A stretch of 64,000 nt of DNA from Candidatus Calditenuaceae archaeon HR02 (lineage in GTDB: Archaea > Thermoproteota > Nitrososphaeria_A > Caldarchaeales > Calditenuaceae). Below are positions 19,402 to 29,559 of the stretch, piece after piece (the first letter of the stretch is position 1; each line of letters begins with the position of its first letter). A program made the translations under genes and the position numbers. The stretch spans positions 31,523 through 95,522 of the forward strand of contig BEHE01000005.1 in the NCBI GenBank assembly GCA_002898395.1, written 5' to 3'. Below the pieces are notes generated by a model. The model saw only the letters and a program-made list of their open reading frames with translations, searched no databases and was not told the origin of the DNA.

Positions 19402-20442
19402 GTGCGGATAGTCGACCTGTCCCCTGAGCTCTCACATAGAGCATTTTTACCAGTAAGTAGGCGGAAGATAATCATAGCCGGCGTCATAATTGCGGCCCTC
19501 TCTCTCTTGCTAATGGCTCTTGATCCTATGAGCCCTTTCAACACACAAAGCCCCAATCCCACATTGTTAATACTTGTAACCGCCATCATCCTGATACTAT
19601 TAGCCCTGAGCACAGGCAAGACCCCCCTAAGATCAGTAAGTGCCTTGCCCATAGACCGAGGCGAACAGTTGCGTGTCAGACTTGAGTTTAAGAGACCGAT
19701 TAGCGGTGTCTTGGAAGTTGGAGAACTCATCGCGACCGAATACCAACTCGGTGAATCGATACGAACGTCTTTTGATCTCAATCCAAGTTCAAAGTCGGAG
19801 CTACACTCGATATCGGACTTACACGTTACTTTGCCGAGTGGTCGGGTGGCCGGTCTTCTAGTAGGAAGCGGCGAAAATGCTAAGGGGATCCTAAAGTGCC
19901 CAGCCCTGAAGATATCGCTAATCAACGGTCCCGAGCTGTATGTTGTTTGGGTCAAATCTACTAGTGGTCCCTTAAAAATCGGTCTTGAGAAATCATATCT
20001 CTACCTCGACGGCGCTCAATGCTCTCTAAGTTATGGGTCTAAGGGGAGTATCAATTACCTACTCTCTGCCGCAGAGAGAGCTGGCAAACTCTTCTCAGGT
20101 AAAGTCAAGCTAAAGCTGTTAAGAAGTCTCAACGACGGTGTCTTAAATCTAAGACACGAGGAGGTGATAGCAGATGTTAGGAATGGAGAGGTTGACTGGG
20201 GTGCTTGGAGCCCTAGGACATATAGCGGCGAGGATGTATTGATCGTCCTTAACGGGTCTAGGCGGCTAGGCGATTTATTGAATGCTTTGAATCTGCGCGA
20301 TTTCGTCGCAGACCCTGCTCCCGGCGTGGAATACTCCTTTGTCCTTGAGAGTGGGGGGTGGGGGCTGTATAGCGAGAGGGATGTCGCTTATATCACGATC
20401 AACTCATCTGGGAAGGAAGAAGAAAAAGAAGAGCGAGCCTAG
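19402..20442 (+). CDS. Hypothetical membrane-anchored protein
   Basis: 346 aa ORF with two N-terminal TM helices and a beta-rich remainder. Confidence 0.65.
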   Translation: MRIVDLSPELSHRAFLPVSRRKIIIAGVIIAALSLLLMALDPMSPFNTQSPNPTLLILVTAIILILLALSTGKTPLRSVSALPIDRGEQLRVRLEFKRPISGVLEVGELIATEYQLGESIRTSFDLNPSSKSELHSISDLHVTLPSGRVAGLLVGSGENAKGILKCPALKISLINGPELYVVWVKSTSGPLKIGLEKSYLYLDGAQCSLSYGSKGSINYLLSAAERAGKLFSGKVKLKLLRSLNDGVLNLRHEEVIADVRNGEVDWGAWSPRTYSGEDVLIVLNGSRRLGDLLNALNLRDFVADPAPGVEYSFVLESGGWGLYSERDVAYITINSSGKEEEKEERA

Positions 20443-20622
20443 GAGGGCTATGTAGAGTATCAATAGTAGAAGGCGGGTTCTTCTCTCCCTCTTAAGCCTC
20501 CCCTCATATACATTCCTGCACTCGTCTGAGCAGAGCTCCTCCTTAGGAGGGACTGGCCTTCCACATATGATGCAATGTCTATGATCGGGAATCCTAGTTC
20601 TCCGCTCTTTTGGCTGCGACAT
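20404..20622 (-). CDS. DUF2116-like Zn-ribbon membrane protein
   Basis: PDHRHCIICGRPVP...CSDEC followed by a C-terminal TM helix. Confidence 0.85.
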   Translation of the reverse strand: MSQPKERRTRIPDHRHCIICGRPVPPKEELCSDECRNVYEGRLKRERRTRLLLLILYIALLGSLFFFFFLPR

Positions 20623-20649
20623 TGTAAATCCAAATCCTTGAGTCAGATA

Positions 20650-21456
20650 TTAACACTTTTTTCTTATCCTCTTGACGAATATGTTGTAGAGCCGCGCATA
20701 TCCTCTCTTCGTCTTCATAGATAAGATTCTTTGAGAGCTAAAGCCATGCCTAGAGGCTATTTTCGCGAGTTCTCGAGGCTCATAGAACCTAACATGCGAA
20801 ACATCCAGAAACACGGCTACCTTTTCGCTTCGCCACCTTCTCAAGTATCTCTCCTCCTCGCTTGGGGGGCTGAATCCTCTGGGCCGCCCGAAGACGATAT
20901 AGACGTCCCTGCTCTTCATTACGTTGCGTCTAATCTCCCCCACCGAGACGCGGACTATTTGGCCTCCCCTAAACCTCCAGGAATCGATGACTGGCCTGCC
21001 CACGTCGCTCCAGACTATATCGCTTGGTCTCTCATAGTCTATTATCAGGACTCCTCCCTCCCTGAGGAGGCGGGCAGTGTTGGAGAAGAATTTCTCCACA
21101 TCTCTCAAGGTTACTGGGATTGACCAGTTTAGACAGAGGGCACCGTCAAACCGAGTCTCCGGGTTATAAGTGTAGTAGTCCGCTTTTACGAACCTTGCAC
21201 CCTTTAGACCGCGCGCTCTCTTCTTGGCCACCCGTATCATCGATGGTGAGATGTCTATCCCGACTGCTCTATACCCTAGTCTCGCCAGTTCTCTAACATG
21301 TATGCCAGTCCCGCATCCAAGGTCTATTATACTCTTGACATGATTCTTCTCAAACACCCTGGCTATGAGCGAGATCTCTGCCTCATAGTCCCTCTCCTCT
21401 ATCGTCTCGTAGAGTTCCGCCAGCTCATCATAGAGCGGCCGCAACCTGCTATTCAA
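20650..21456 (-). CDS. Class I SAM-dependent methyltransferase
   Basis: IIDLGCGTG, GIDISPSMI, LREGGVLIID; TTG start inferred. Confidence 0.9.
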   Translation of the reverse strand: MNSRLRPLYDELAELYETIEERDYEAEISLIARVFEKNHVKSIIDLGCGTGIHVRELARLGYRAVGIDISPSMIRVAKKRARGLKGARFVKADYYTYNPETRFDGALCLNWSIPVTLRDVEKFFSNTARLLREGGVLIIDYERPSDIVWSDVGRPVIDSWRFRGGQIVRVSVGEIRRNVMKSRDVYIVFGRPRGFSPPSEEERYLRRWRSEKVAVFLDVSHVRFYEPRELAKIASRHGFSSQRILSMKTKRGYARLYNIFVKRIRKKC

Positions 21457-21511
21457 CGCGGTGTAATTAAAACCTAACGTGTTATATAGTCTATGTGCGA
21501 TGGATGTAAGT

Positions 21512-22234
21512 ATGTCAAAGACGTGTTTCGACACCGCGGAGTATATAGTCTATCAACCATACCCTGGGCTCCACGTCGTCTATCACGCTAAAAAGGTGCT
21601 GTTCAGCGGGCAGTCAAGGTTTCAGAGGATAGATATCATAGACAACGAGGCCTACGGAGTCATGCTTCTCCTAGACGGGAACATTCAGCACACGGAGTTC
21701 GACTCGCACATCTTCAACAAGGCATTAGTGGGGCCGATTTTGAGGAGGAGGATGCGAAACGTCCTGGTTCTTGGCGGAGGTAGCGGGCAAACCCTTAAAG
21801 CGCTTCTCAAAAGCCAGAGCATAGAGAGGGTCACCATTGTCGAGATCGATCCACTTGTAGTGGAGGCATGCAGAGCCCACATCCCGGGCGTTAATGAGGC
21901 TTTCGAGGACCCAAGGGTGAACCTGGTGATAGACGATGCCTTCAAATTCATCAGGAGGGATGATGGGAGTTATGATGTCTTGGTCCTCGATTTGACGGAG
22001 GAGTGGTTGGGCCAGAGTGTTGGGCTGGAGGAGCTCTACCGGTTCGTTGCTGTGAAGTGTAGAGGTCGCTGCTCGTGCTACATTGGGCCTGCCTCCCCGC
22101 AGTCAGGTGGTCCCGCGAGGAGGCATCAACACATCGCGGCGGCTAAGAAATTTCTCAAGGGCCTAAGGATCCGGAAGGTCTTTATACCATCATTTGGGAG
22201 CGAGCAGCTATTCCTTTACGGGGGCGGCCTGTAG
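21512..22234 (+). CDS. Spermidine synthase-like aminopropyltransferase (divergent)
   Basis: QSRFQRI, LLLDGNIQ, VLVLGGGSG, VEID, DDAFKF, IPSFG; TATA-like TTATATAG about 25 nt upstream. Confidence 0.8.
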   Translation: MSKTCFDTAEYIVYQPYPGLHVVYHAKKVLFSGQSRFQRIDIIDNEAYGVMLLLDGNIQHTEFDSHIFNKALVGPILRRRMRNVLVLGGGSGQTLKALLKSQSIERVTIVEIDPLVVEACRAHIPGVNEAFEDPRVNLVIDDAFKFIRRDDGSYDVLVLDLTEEWLGQSVGLEELYRFVAVKCRGRCSCYIGPASPQSGGPARRHQHIAAAKKFLKGLRIRKVFIPSFGSEQLFLYGGGL

Positions 22235-22846
22235 TTATCTTCTCTGACCGACCAGAGGGTTCCTCCTAATATGCCTGCCGGAGCCATCCTTAAACCTCTC
22301 CTCCTTCCACACATTCCCCCTCTCGTGATAGCCATAAGACTCCCAAAAACCGTCAACATATGTGTCGGAGAACTCTATCTCGCAGAGGTGCTTAGCCGAC
22401 TTCCAGCCGTAGAGGTGGGGGATGAAGGCCCTGCAGGGAAACCCGTTCTCTAGCTTAAGCGGTTCCCCATTCATCCTCAAGGCTACAATTGCCTTCTCTG
22501 ATAGGGCGTCCTCTATCGGGACAGGAGCCGTGTAACCATCTAGACAGCGGAACAATGCCCATGTGGCACTGCTCATTACCCTTGCCTGCTCTGCGAACCA
22601 TCTGATAGGGATACCCTCCCACAAAACGTCCTTTACAGACCATTTAGTTACACAGTGGAAGTCCGACACGTAAGTTATCTTCATAGGATTATTTATGAGG
22701 GACTCGTATGAGAAATCCAGCTCTCTCTCAACGCTCCCCGTAATTCTTAGCCGATAGCTATCGAGATCTACCTCTGGCAGGCCTAGAGCTGCATAGATTA
22801 TGAAGTCTCTAATATATCTCTGGCCGGGTGGAAGTTCCGTCCCCAT
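22235..22846 (-). CDS. Sulfite oxidase-like molybdopterin oxidoreductase
   Basis: LPPGQ, DFHCVTKWS, GFPCR, YGWKSAK, GFWESYGYH. Confidence 0.92.
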   Translation of the reverse strand: MGTELPPGQRYIRDFIIYAALGLPEVDLDSYRLRITGSVERELDFSYESLINNPMKITYVSDFHCVTKWSVKDVLWEGIPIRWFAEQARVMSSATWALFRCLDGYTAPVPIEDALSEKAIVALRMNGEPLKLENGFPCRAFIPHLYGWKSAKHLCEIEFSDTYVDGFWESYGYHERGNVWKEERFKDGSGRHIRRNPLVGQRR

Positions 22847-22962
22847 CACTAAAATGTATGTGGAGGATCGGCTCAATTAACTATATCTCCACTACTCGGT
22901 TTAAAAGTAGCGGCTTCCAGCGGCAAAACCTATTTGTTGACAATTAGTAATTGGTAGCGTGA

Positions 22963-23319
22963 GTGATGAGCAGGTATCTGGAGAAGCTCCCAGAGATGGT
23001 TAGGGTGAAGCTAGGCTACGCACCGGATCTCACCCCTATCTTGGAGCTATCTTTAGAGGAAGTGAATGGTTTTGGGCTTTTAGAAGCTGTAGAGGAGGCT
23101 GTGAAGAAGGGGGAGGAGCGATTGGATGTGCTGAGAAGGTTTGGGAGAGAGTTTCTATCCGCCGTACCCGAGCCAGTTGTGGCCCTCGTGCCTAGAGGCA
23201 GAATCGCCTCCTTTGTCAGGTTTTTAGAGTCTAGGGGTGTCAACCCGTTCAACGACCCCCTTATATTACGGCTAGGCGAAGCTGTCTTGACCATTTCCAT
23301 AGAGTTTGAGTGTGGGTGA
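22963..23319 (+). CDS. Hypothetical protein
   Basis: 118 aa ORF with host-like codon usage at the head of a + strand run. Confidence 0.6.
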   Translation: MMSRYLEKLPEMVRVKLGYAPDLTPILELSLEEVNGFGLLEAVEEAVKKGEERLDVLRRFGREFLSAVPEPVVALVPRGRIASFVRFLESRGVNPFNDPLILRLGEAVLTISIEFECG

Positions 23320-23381
23320 AGTGTGTCCTGTCCCTCGAGAAGGCCGGTAATCTTTAATTCTCGAAAAAATGTGCTAGAGTT

Positions 23382-24356
23382 GTGAAGGGCCTTATACTTG
23401 CTGCAGATGTGGGTGCGACTAATATGCGGGTTGGGGTGTTCGACGGTGAAGGGAGGCTGCTCCGGTTTAAGAGTGGAAGGACGCCTCAAACCAATACTTC
23501 CGAGTCTGTTCCGAGGGCGCTTTTGGACTTGGCTAAGGGGGTCGCAGGCCAGGATTGGTCCTCGATATGGAGGTGTGGTGTGGCCTCTATTGGGCCCCTA
23601 GACTCGCGGAGAGGAGTGATACTGAAGGCCCCGAATATTGCCGAGAAGGGGAGTGAGATCCCCCTCCTAGCCCATCTCAGGGAGGAACTTGACGTGGAGT
23701 ACTACTTTCTTAACGACTGTAACGCGGCCGCCTATGGTGAATGGTGGTCTAGGAAGGAGGAGGGTGTCAGGAATCTAATCTACGTAACAATCAGCAGTGG
23801 GATTGGGGGAGGAGTCGTAGACAATGGGCACCTGATCTTGGGCAAGATAGGTAATGGGGCTGAGATAGGCCACATCATCATTGATGCGTCAGGGTATATG
23901 GATTGCGGGTGCGGTGGTCGTGGGCATTGGGAGGCGTATTGCTCTGGGGCTAACATTCCCCGCCTAGCTGAGAAGCTGCTTGAGGACGAGCGGCTGGAAA
24001 GGGGGACAGGATTGGAGAAGGCGTATGTTGAGAAGAGCCTCGACGCCAAGATGTGTTTCGAATTATACTATGCCAGAGACAGGGCAGCTGTGGGGTTGTT
24101 TGAGCTGCTGAAAGACTTCTATGCAGCAGGCTTTGCAAGCGTAATCAACACCTTCGACGCGGAGGTACTAGTTATAGGTGGAGCCATCTATCTAGGCCAT
24201 GAGTCCTTCTTCCAGCACGAGGTATTACCACGGATAGACAGGTTCCTCCTGCTTGACAAGCCCCGTATCGCTAAGCCAGTACACGGGGATCTGGCGCCAC
24301 TATATGGTGCAGCCCACTGCGCGCTAGAAGGGGTGGAGGGGGCCAGAATCCATTAG
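23382..24356 (+). CDS. ROK family sugar kinase (glucokinase-like)
   Basis: DVGAT, NDCNAAAYGE, SSGIGGG, EIGH, CGCGGRGHWEAYCSG. Confidence 0.93.
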   Translation: MKGLILAADVGATNMRVGVFDGEGRLLRFKSGRTPQTNTSESVPRALLDLAKGVAGQDWSSIWRCGVASIGPLDSRRGVILKAPNIAEKGSEIPLLAHLREELDVEYYFLNDCNAAAYGEWWSRKEEGVRNLIYVTISSGIGGGVVDNGHLILGKIGNGAEIGHIIIDASGYMDCGCGGRGHWEAYCSGANIPRLAEKLLEDERLERGTGLEKAYVEKSLDAKMCFELYYARDRAAVGLFELLKDFYAAGFASVINTFDAEVLVIGGAIYLGHESFFQHEVLPRIDRFLLLDKPRIAKPVHGDLAPLYGAAHCALEGVEGARIH

Positions 24357-24387
24357 CTCCTGACCAGCAAAATTGATTTAGGGGAGC

Positions 24388-25101
24388 GTGAGGTGTAAGC
24401 TGGACAGCCCCCGATATATAGTCCTCCTCGCAGACTCTGCGGTTGAGTTCATTCCGAGGGAGATTTGGGGCCACCCCTCCGTGGCCTCCTACTGTAGAAA
24501 AAGGGGGAAGATTCCTGCAAGGACTCTCCTAGACTCCTCATATCATCACGCTGCAATGAGAGGGCTTCCCGGTAGAGAGAGGAGGGGGCGACCTGATATC
24601 CTCCACTTCACTATCCTAGAGGTTCTCGGTTCACCTCTCAACAAGGCAGAGAAGCTGGGTATATACGTCCATACTCAGCCCGGCTACTTGATCTGGGTGA
24701 ACCCCAAGGTTAGGCTCCCGAGGAACTATGACCGCTTCAAAAGTCTTTTTGAGAAGCTGATGGTCGAGAAAGTGATTAAGTCTGATGCGGGGGAGATCCT
24801 GCTCAGGGTAATGGGCTCTGACCTCGAGAGCTGGGTGGAGAGAGTGGGGGCTGGGAGCGTGATTCTCCTCTCAGAGACCGGTGTTAAGGTGGAAATGGGG
24901 ATGTTGGAGGAGGTGTCTAAAAGTCCTAAGCCAACCATCTTTGTAGTCGGCTGTTTCCCCCACGGAGATTTTTCCCCCGAGATAAGATCGATCGCCGACC
25001 AGGTGGTCAGGCTCTCTGAACACACAATGGATGCGTGGGTTGCCGCTTCTAGGATTCTGTGTCTGCTGGAGCTGGCCGAGGCAAAGAATAAGCACGAATA
25101 G
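24388..25101 (+). CDS. nep1: 16S rRNA pseudouridine N1-methyltransferase Nep1
   Basis: LLDSSYHH, RGRPDILH, SPLNK, RLPRNYDRF, GCFPHGDF. Confidence 0.95.
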   Translation: MRCKLDSPRYIVLLADSAVEFIPREIWGHPSVASYCRKRGKIPARTLLDSSYHHAAMRGLPGRERRGRPDILHFTILEVLGSPLNKAEKLGIYVHTQPGYLIWVNPKVRLPRNYDRFKSLFEKLMVEKVIKSDAGEILLRVMGSDLESWVERVGAGSVILLSETGVKVEMGMLEEVSKSPKPTIFVVGCFPHGDFSPEIRSIADQVVRLSEHTMDAWVAASRILCLLELAEAKNKHE

Positions 25102-25188
25102 GCGAGGACTGAATGAGCCAACCCCTCTGCTGCCTTGAGGCGTGATAGTCTTTAAATGCTGGCTTCTGTATGTTTTTTCAGATATTTT

Positions 25189-25611
25189 ATGTCCGCGTTA
25201 GCTTCGAGGAAGTTTGGAGAGGAGTTCGCATCACTGCTTGAGAGAGTTGTGACTGTTTCAATGTCTAATGGGAGAAAGGTTACTGGAAGGGTGGCGGCCT
25301 ACAATCCCACAGATTACAGCCTATGGCTCGTAGATGCCACTTTGGATGATGGTAAGCCTGTCTCGAGGATATTCATCTCGGGCCGCGGTGTCTCTACAAT
25401 CGAGGTGGTGGAGGCCGGCCCCGACCTAACCTCTCTATTCGAAAGGATAAACGCCCTCTTCCCCAACATGGCTAGGTACATCCGGGAGGCTGGGGTTATA
25501 GTTGTGATGGATAGGATTAGGGTGACTAAAGACGGCGTTATTGAGGGGTCCGGGCCAGCTGCTGAAAGGATACAGAGAATCTGGGAAGAGTGGAAGCGCG
25601 AGACGAGTTAA
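25189..25611 (+). CDS. Sm-like protein SmAP3 (Sm domain plus C-terminal domain)
   Basis: RKFGEE, Sm fold, C-terminal FPNM...GVIVVMDRIRV...GVIEGSGPAAER. Confidence 0.85.
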   Translation: MSALASRKFGEEFASLLERVVTVSMSNGRKVTGRVAAYNPTDYSLWLVDATLDDGKPVSRIFISGRGVSTIEVVEAGPDLTSLFERINALFPNMARYIREAGVIVVMDRIRVTKDGVIEGSGPAAERIQRIWEEWKRETS

Positions 25612-25619
25612 GCCATTCT

Positions 25620-26327
25620 TTATGCCTCAAGCCTGGCAATGGTCCTGCTCGAGACAGTTATTAGCTCGCTTACTCCCACCTCCTCTAATCCAAGTGAACA
25701 GAGCTTTGAAAGGGCCTCAACACCCCTCTGAGCTGCGTAATAGTCGGGTGTAGAATTCCCAATCTCAATCAACATGCCCATATTTTCAAGGCCCATCTGC
25801 CCCGCCATGACCATCATTATTCCCGCCGCTCCCACAATCTGCCCTCCATAGACTTCGCCTCCCACAAGTCCCATGTATTTCTCGAGATAGGCCTTGCTGG
25901 TTGAGGAGCAGTATACCCTACGCCTCTGCGCGACGTCCTCCTTCCCACCCAAACCACCCAGCGTGAAGACGCGTCTCACACCATGTTTAGAGGCGATGTC
26001 TATAATCTTTCCACACAGCTCGTGTTGACCGTAGCTGCTTGAGGGCTGTGAGGTGCCATACACTATCAGAGTTGGTGAAGGCTCTTCGACCGCGTATATG
26101 TCTAGGAAGTGGGGTAGGAGTTTTCCATCTGCTATGAACCCATATGAGGGGAAGTGGGGTGAATAGACTCTGCAGAGCCTTACATGCTTTACCTTCCCTA
26201 AAATGTATGCTATACTGATTTTTGAGACTAGTCCAATACCTGGGAGACCCTCGATTAGGGACGCATCTTCGAGATAGTAATCCTCCATGCCCCTCTCATA
26301 AACCACTATAGACTCGTTGACCGGCAA
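25620..26327 (-). CDS. PAC2-family proteasome assembly chaperone
   Basis: EGLPGIGLVSK, YSPHFP, FTLGG, IVGAAG, PDY. Confidence 0.88.
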   Translation of the reverse strand: MPVNESIVVYERGMEDYYLEDASLIEGLPGIGLVSKISIAYILGKVKHVRLCRVYSPHFPSYGFIADGKLLPHFLDIYAVEEPSPTLIVYGTSQPSSSYGQHELCGKIIDIASKHGVRRVFTLGGLGGKEDVAQRRRVYCSSTSKAYLEKYMGLVGGEVYGGQIVGAAGIMMVMAGQMGLENMGMLIEIGNSTPDYYAAQRGVEALSKLCSLGLEEVGVSELITVSSRTIARLEA

Positions 26328-26367
26328 GACCTGATAAGTGATCTATCCTTGGTCTTATAAACCGTTC

Positions 26368-27285
26368 TCAGCCCAGAAGCAGGTTGACATATCTCGCAGC
26401 CCCGTCTGGAATTAGAGTCACGACAACTGAGCCAGGATTCTCCATTGCGACTCGAAGCGCAGCTGCAACGTTTGCTCCTCCTGACAGTCCCGCCAGAACA
26501 CCCGCACGACTCGCTAGAAGCTTAGAGTACTGGTATGCCTCTTCTGTCGAGATCTTTATCAGCTCATTGGCGAAGGATGGGTCATATATCTTCGGCTTTA
26601 TCGAACTCTCCATGTGTTTGAGTCCTTCAATCCCGTGGAGGGGTCCGTCAGGTTGGACCTCAATGATTCTTATCCCCTTGTTATACTCGCGCAAGCGCTG
26701 ACCGGCCCCCATCAGTGTTCCTGATGTCCCCACACCTACCACGAAGTGGGTTACCTTGCCCCGTGTCTGACGGATAACCTCGGGCCCAGTCGTCTCGTAG
26801 TGGGCTTTGACGTTGGAGGGGTTATCGTACTGGTTTGAATAGTAGTATCTTTTTGGGTCGGTCTCTGCCAGCCTCCTGGCTTCCCTTATGGCGCCGTCAA
26901 TACCCTCAAGCGGGTCTGTGAAAACTACCTCTGCTCCCAGTATCCGGAGAAGGTCAATCTTCTCTCGACTAATGTTTTTCGGGACAACTATCTTCGCCTT
27001 TAGACCGAAGCAGACGGCCATGAGAGATAGGCTGACAGCCATGTTTCCGGATGAGGCGTCGAGGATCGTCATGCTGGGGGTCACCAGCCCCTGCTCTAGG
27101 GCGTCTCTAACGATGTATAGGGCAGGCCTATCCTTGACTGAGCCGCTGGGGTTGAAAAACTCTAGCTTAGCAAGGATCCTTGACCCATTTTTGATTGAGA
27201 GTGGCCCGGTAAGATCTACCAGCGGGGTGTTTCCAACAGCACCTGCGACGTTTTGTAGAACGCCTCTACGCAGGACGCGATACAC
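26368..27285 (-). CDS. Cysteine synthase family PLP enzyme
   Basis: VGNTPLV, KLEFFNPSGSVKDR, ASSGN, NQYDNP, GVGTSGT. Confidence 0.93.
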   Translation of the reverse strand: MYRVLRRGVLQNVAGAVGNTPLVDLTGPLSIKNGSRILAKLEFFNPSGSVKDRPALYIVRDALEQGLVTPSMTILDASSGNMAVSLSLMAVCFGLKAKIVVPKNISREKIDLLRILGAEVVFTDPLEGIDGAIREARRLAETDPKRYYYSNQYDNPSNVKAHYETTGPEVIRQTRGKVTHFVVGVGTSGTLMGAGQRLREYNKGIRIIEVQPDGPLHGIEGLKHMESSIKPKIYDPSFANELIKISTEEAYQYSKLLASRAGVLAGLSGGANVAAALRVAMENPGSVVVTLIPDGAARYVNLLLG

Positions 27286-27371
27286 AATAAATTAGGGCAC
27301 CTCGAAGACCCATGTCCTAGCGTCCTATTTAGCTGTTCGTCTCCTTCACAGAAAAAGGGGACTCCCAAGAG

Positions 27372-28100
27372 CTAAAGAAGCTTCAATTCTGAGAGGAGGG
27401 CTTCGAAATCTTTCTCGGAATATGTCTCCTTATACCTCCTCAAGGTCTGCCTCTCAACCTTATGTAGACCAAGGTCCCGCCTCACCCGCTCTAGCCCTTT
27501 TGAGCCGATGTAGTTTAGGAGCGAGGTCAGGTTCTTGGGGCGGCTTGAAAAACCGGCTGAGCCGAAATCAATGATGACCGGCCCGCTCTGAGTGACTATC
27601 ACATGCTTGCTCGCGTCACTCAGTTCTCTATGGTCTATTCCCGCCCTGTCGAGCCTATGACACTGCAGTGCAGCTTCTAGTATCGTTTGCCTAGCAGTAT
27701 GGCTGGGTGGGTTTGAGTGGACTAGCCACTTAGTCAGGTCTACACCCTCGACAAGGCTCATGACCAAGACCGGGTCGCAGTGCCCCAAGAGCCGGGGCCC
27801 CACGCCTATCCTGTTAGCCTGCTCGAGCATATATGCTTCACGGTAGGTTGACTTAACGGCATAGTCGAGCCTCCTCACCTTAAGCGCCACCCTCACCCCA
27901 CCCCTTAAACCAATCAAGACAATGTTTCTGAACCCTTTACCGATCAGTTTCAGTCGCACAGGGTTTTCGAGCATCAAGGCCTCCACACCCAGCTCCTCAA
28001 GGGCTCTCACCACCAGCTCTGCGTAGTCAGGGTCTGGCGATGGGTAGGAGAGCTGTAGCATGAGGGGGTGTTTTCTTCTTAGCTCCTCTATCTTTAGCAT
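27372..28100 (-). CDS. Atypical (RIO/Bud32-like) serine/threonine protein kinase
   Basis: IGKG, VALKVRR, REA, IDHRELS, IIDFGSA. Confidence 0.85.
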   Translation of the reverse strand: MLKIEELRRKHPLMLQLSYPSPDPDYAELVVRALEELGVEALMLENPVRLKLIGKGFRNIVLIGLRGGVRVALKVRRLDYAVKSTYREAYMLEQANRIGVGPRLLGHCDPVLVMSLVEGVDLTKWLVHSNPPSHTARQTILEAALQCHRLDRAGIDHRELSDASKHVIVTQSGPVIIDFGSAGFSSRPKNLTSLLNYIGSKGLERVRRDLGLHKVERQTLRRYKETYSEKDFEALLSELKLL

Positions 28101-29512
28101 CTCTTCACGAGGTGTCTGACCGGTGTAGCTATTCCCTCGAGGAAGTTTTTCAGAAACGCGCTAAAACCCTCGTTCTGCCTGATTCTTTCGATTAGGCCAC
28201 TATGGCTAGTCAGTATCTCGGCATTAATCAACCTGTCTACCAACTCGCGCGAGATGGCTACTTGCCCCTTCCTAACCCACTCTCTCAAGAGTTCATCTGC
28301 CTTAACGTGTCTCCTCCTGAATAGGGCGTAGAGTCTTTCACCATCCACCCAGGGGCCAGCGGCCCTATCCTCCCTGCTGAGCGTCTTTCTCACAAAGTCT
28401 ACAGCGTTGTCCAGCCAGACTGGTGGGCCTACTCGCAGCCCGAGTGATGGAAGGGAGAGGCTTGAGAGCTCATAGAGGAGGAGGACTTCGCCGCCCGACT
28501 GGGCAGCCGCTGATCTATAGACTTGGAAACCCTCCTTCAAAAGCCGCCTGGAGACACCCTTCATAGTGTGCTTAATCTCCCCCCATAGTATGTCAGGGGG
28601 TTTCTCCCCCGCCCGGAAGATAATTCCCAAAAGCTCATGGGAACTGCTCGTCTCCGCTTCTCCCTCGGACGGCTTCGCGGCCTCCGGCATGAAGTATCCA
28701 ATACTTGGCTCCCTCAAGAAGAGCTTGGAAGCTAGGATCAGTTCTGCAAGCCTAGTTCTGCTCACCGCGGCCGCCACGTTGCGGGAGGGGTCTACAGGGT
28801 CGGGGAATATCAGAGGAGCGTTGGGGAAGAGCTTGGATGCGTCTTCACGCCTGACTCTACCTGTCAAATCCACAAAAGCTGGTATCTGCCACTTCGCGGT
28901 GCTCTTCAACAAGTCAACGAATCCCCCGTGACTAATGACTAGGAGCTCGGAGAGATATCCGCTGAAGCCCTCAACCCTGATTTCCGCCCCATATAGTCCG
29001 CAGCCCAACAAGAAACCCTTGAAGAGGCGTATGTCGCGTCTCAGTTGGGGAGTTATCCGAGACCTTACAAACTCGGTGTGGTGGTGGGTCCTGTCCACCG
29101 CGCTGATCCAGCGACCGGGCTCAGTCTTGAAGCATCCGACGATGTTGACGCGGATGTCCTCAACCGCGCCCTCGACGTATGGGTGGCTGGCGTACCTGAG
29201 CCAGTGCCTCCCACCGAGCCGCTCGATAACCCTGGGTCCCACACTCAGGATAGTTGATTCGAGCATCTTCTTACCTGCGCTCGGCGTGAAGTGGACAAAG
29301 ATGTCAACCTCCTCCCTCCCCCTAACCCATGTATCCTTTGCCACAGACCCCTCTATGGAGACGTCAACCACGCCTTCCCTTTCTAAGAACTCCTGCCTAC
29401 AGGCTGAGAGGAGCCTGGCCGCGAGTTCGGAGACGCGTCTCTTCTCAGGCTCGGTGGGCTCGACCAGCTTTGCCGCCTCTGCTAAAACCTCTTCCAGGGT
29501 AGTCAACTCCAT
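28094..29512 (-). CDS. cca: Archaeal CCA-adding enzyme
   Basis: GSVAKDTW...EVDIF, YASHPY, SAVDRT, YGAEI..GFSGYLSEL, DPVDPSRNVAAA. Confidence 0.96.
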   Translation of the reverse strand: MELTTLEEVLAEAAKLVEPTEPEKRRVSELAARLLSACRQEFLEREGVVDVSIEGSVAKDTWVRGREEVDIFVHFTPSAGKKMLESTILSVGPRVIERLGGRHWLRYASHPYVEGAVEDIRVNIVGCFKTEPGRWISAVDRTHHHTEFVRSRITPQLRRDIRLFKGFLLGCGLYGAEIRVEGFSGYLSELLVISHGGFVDLLKSTAKWQIPAFVDLTGRVRREDASKLFPNAPLIFPDPVDPSRNVAAAVSRTRLAELILASKLFLREPSIGYFMPEAAKPSEGEAETSSSHELLGIIFRAGEKPPDILWGEIKHTMKGVSRRLLKEGFQVYRSAAAQSGGEVLLLYELSSLSLPSLGLRVGPPVWLDNAVDFVRKTLSREDRAAGPWVDGERLYALFRRRHVKADELLREWVRKGQVAISRELVDRLINAEILTSHSGLIERIRQNEGFSAFLKNFLEGIATPVRHLVKRC

Positions 29513-29559
29513 GGTGAGAACCGTTAGACAACTATTTTTAGTCGCCGCGAGACCCGCGT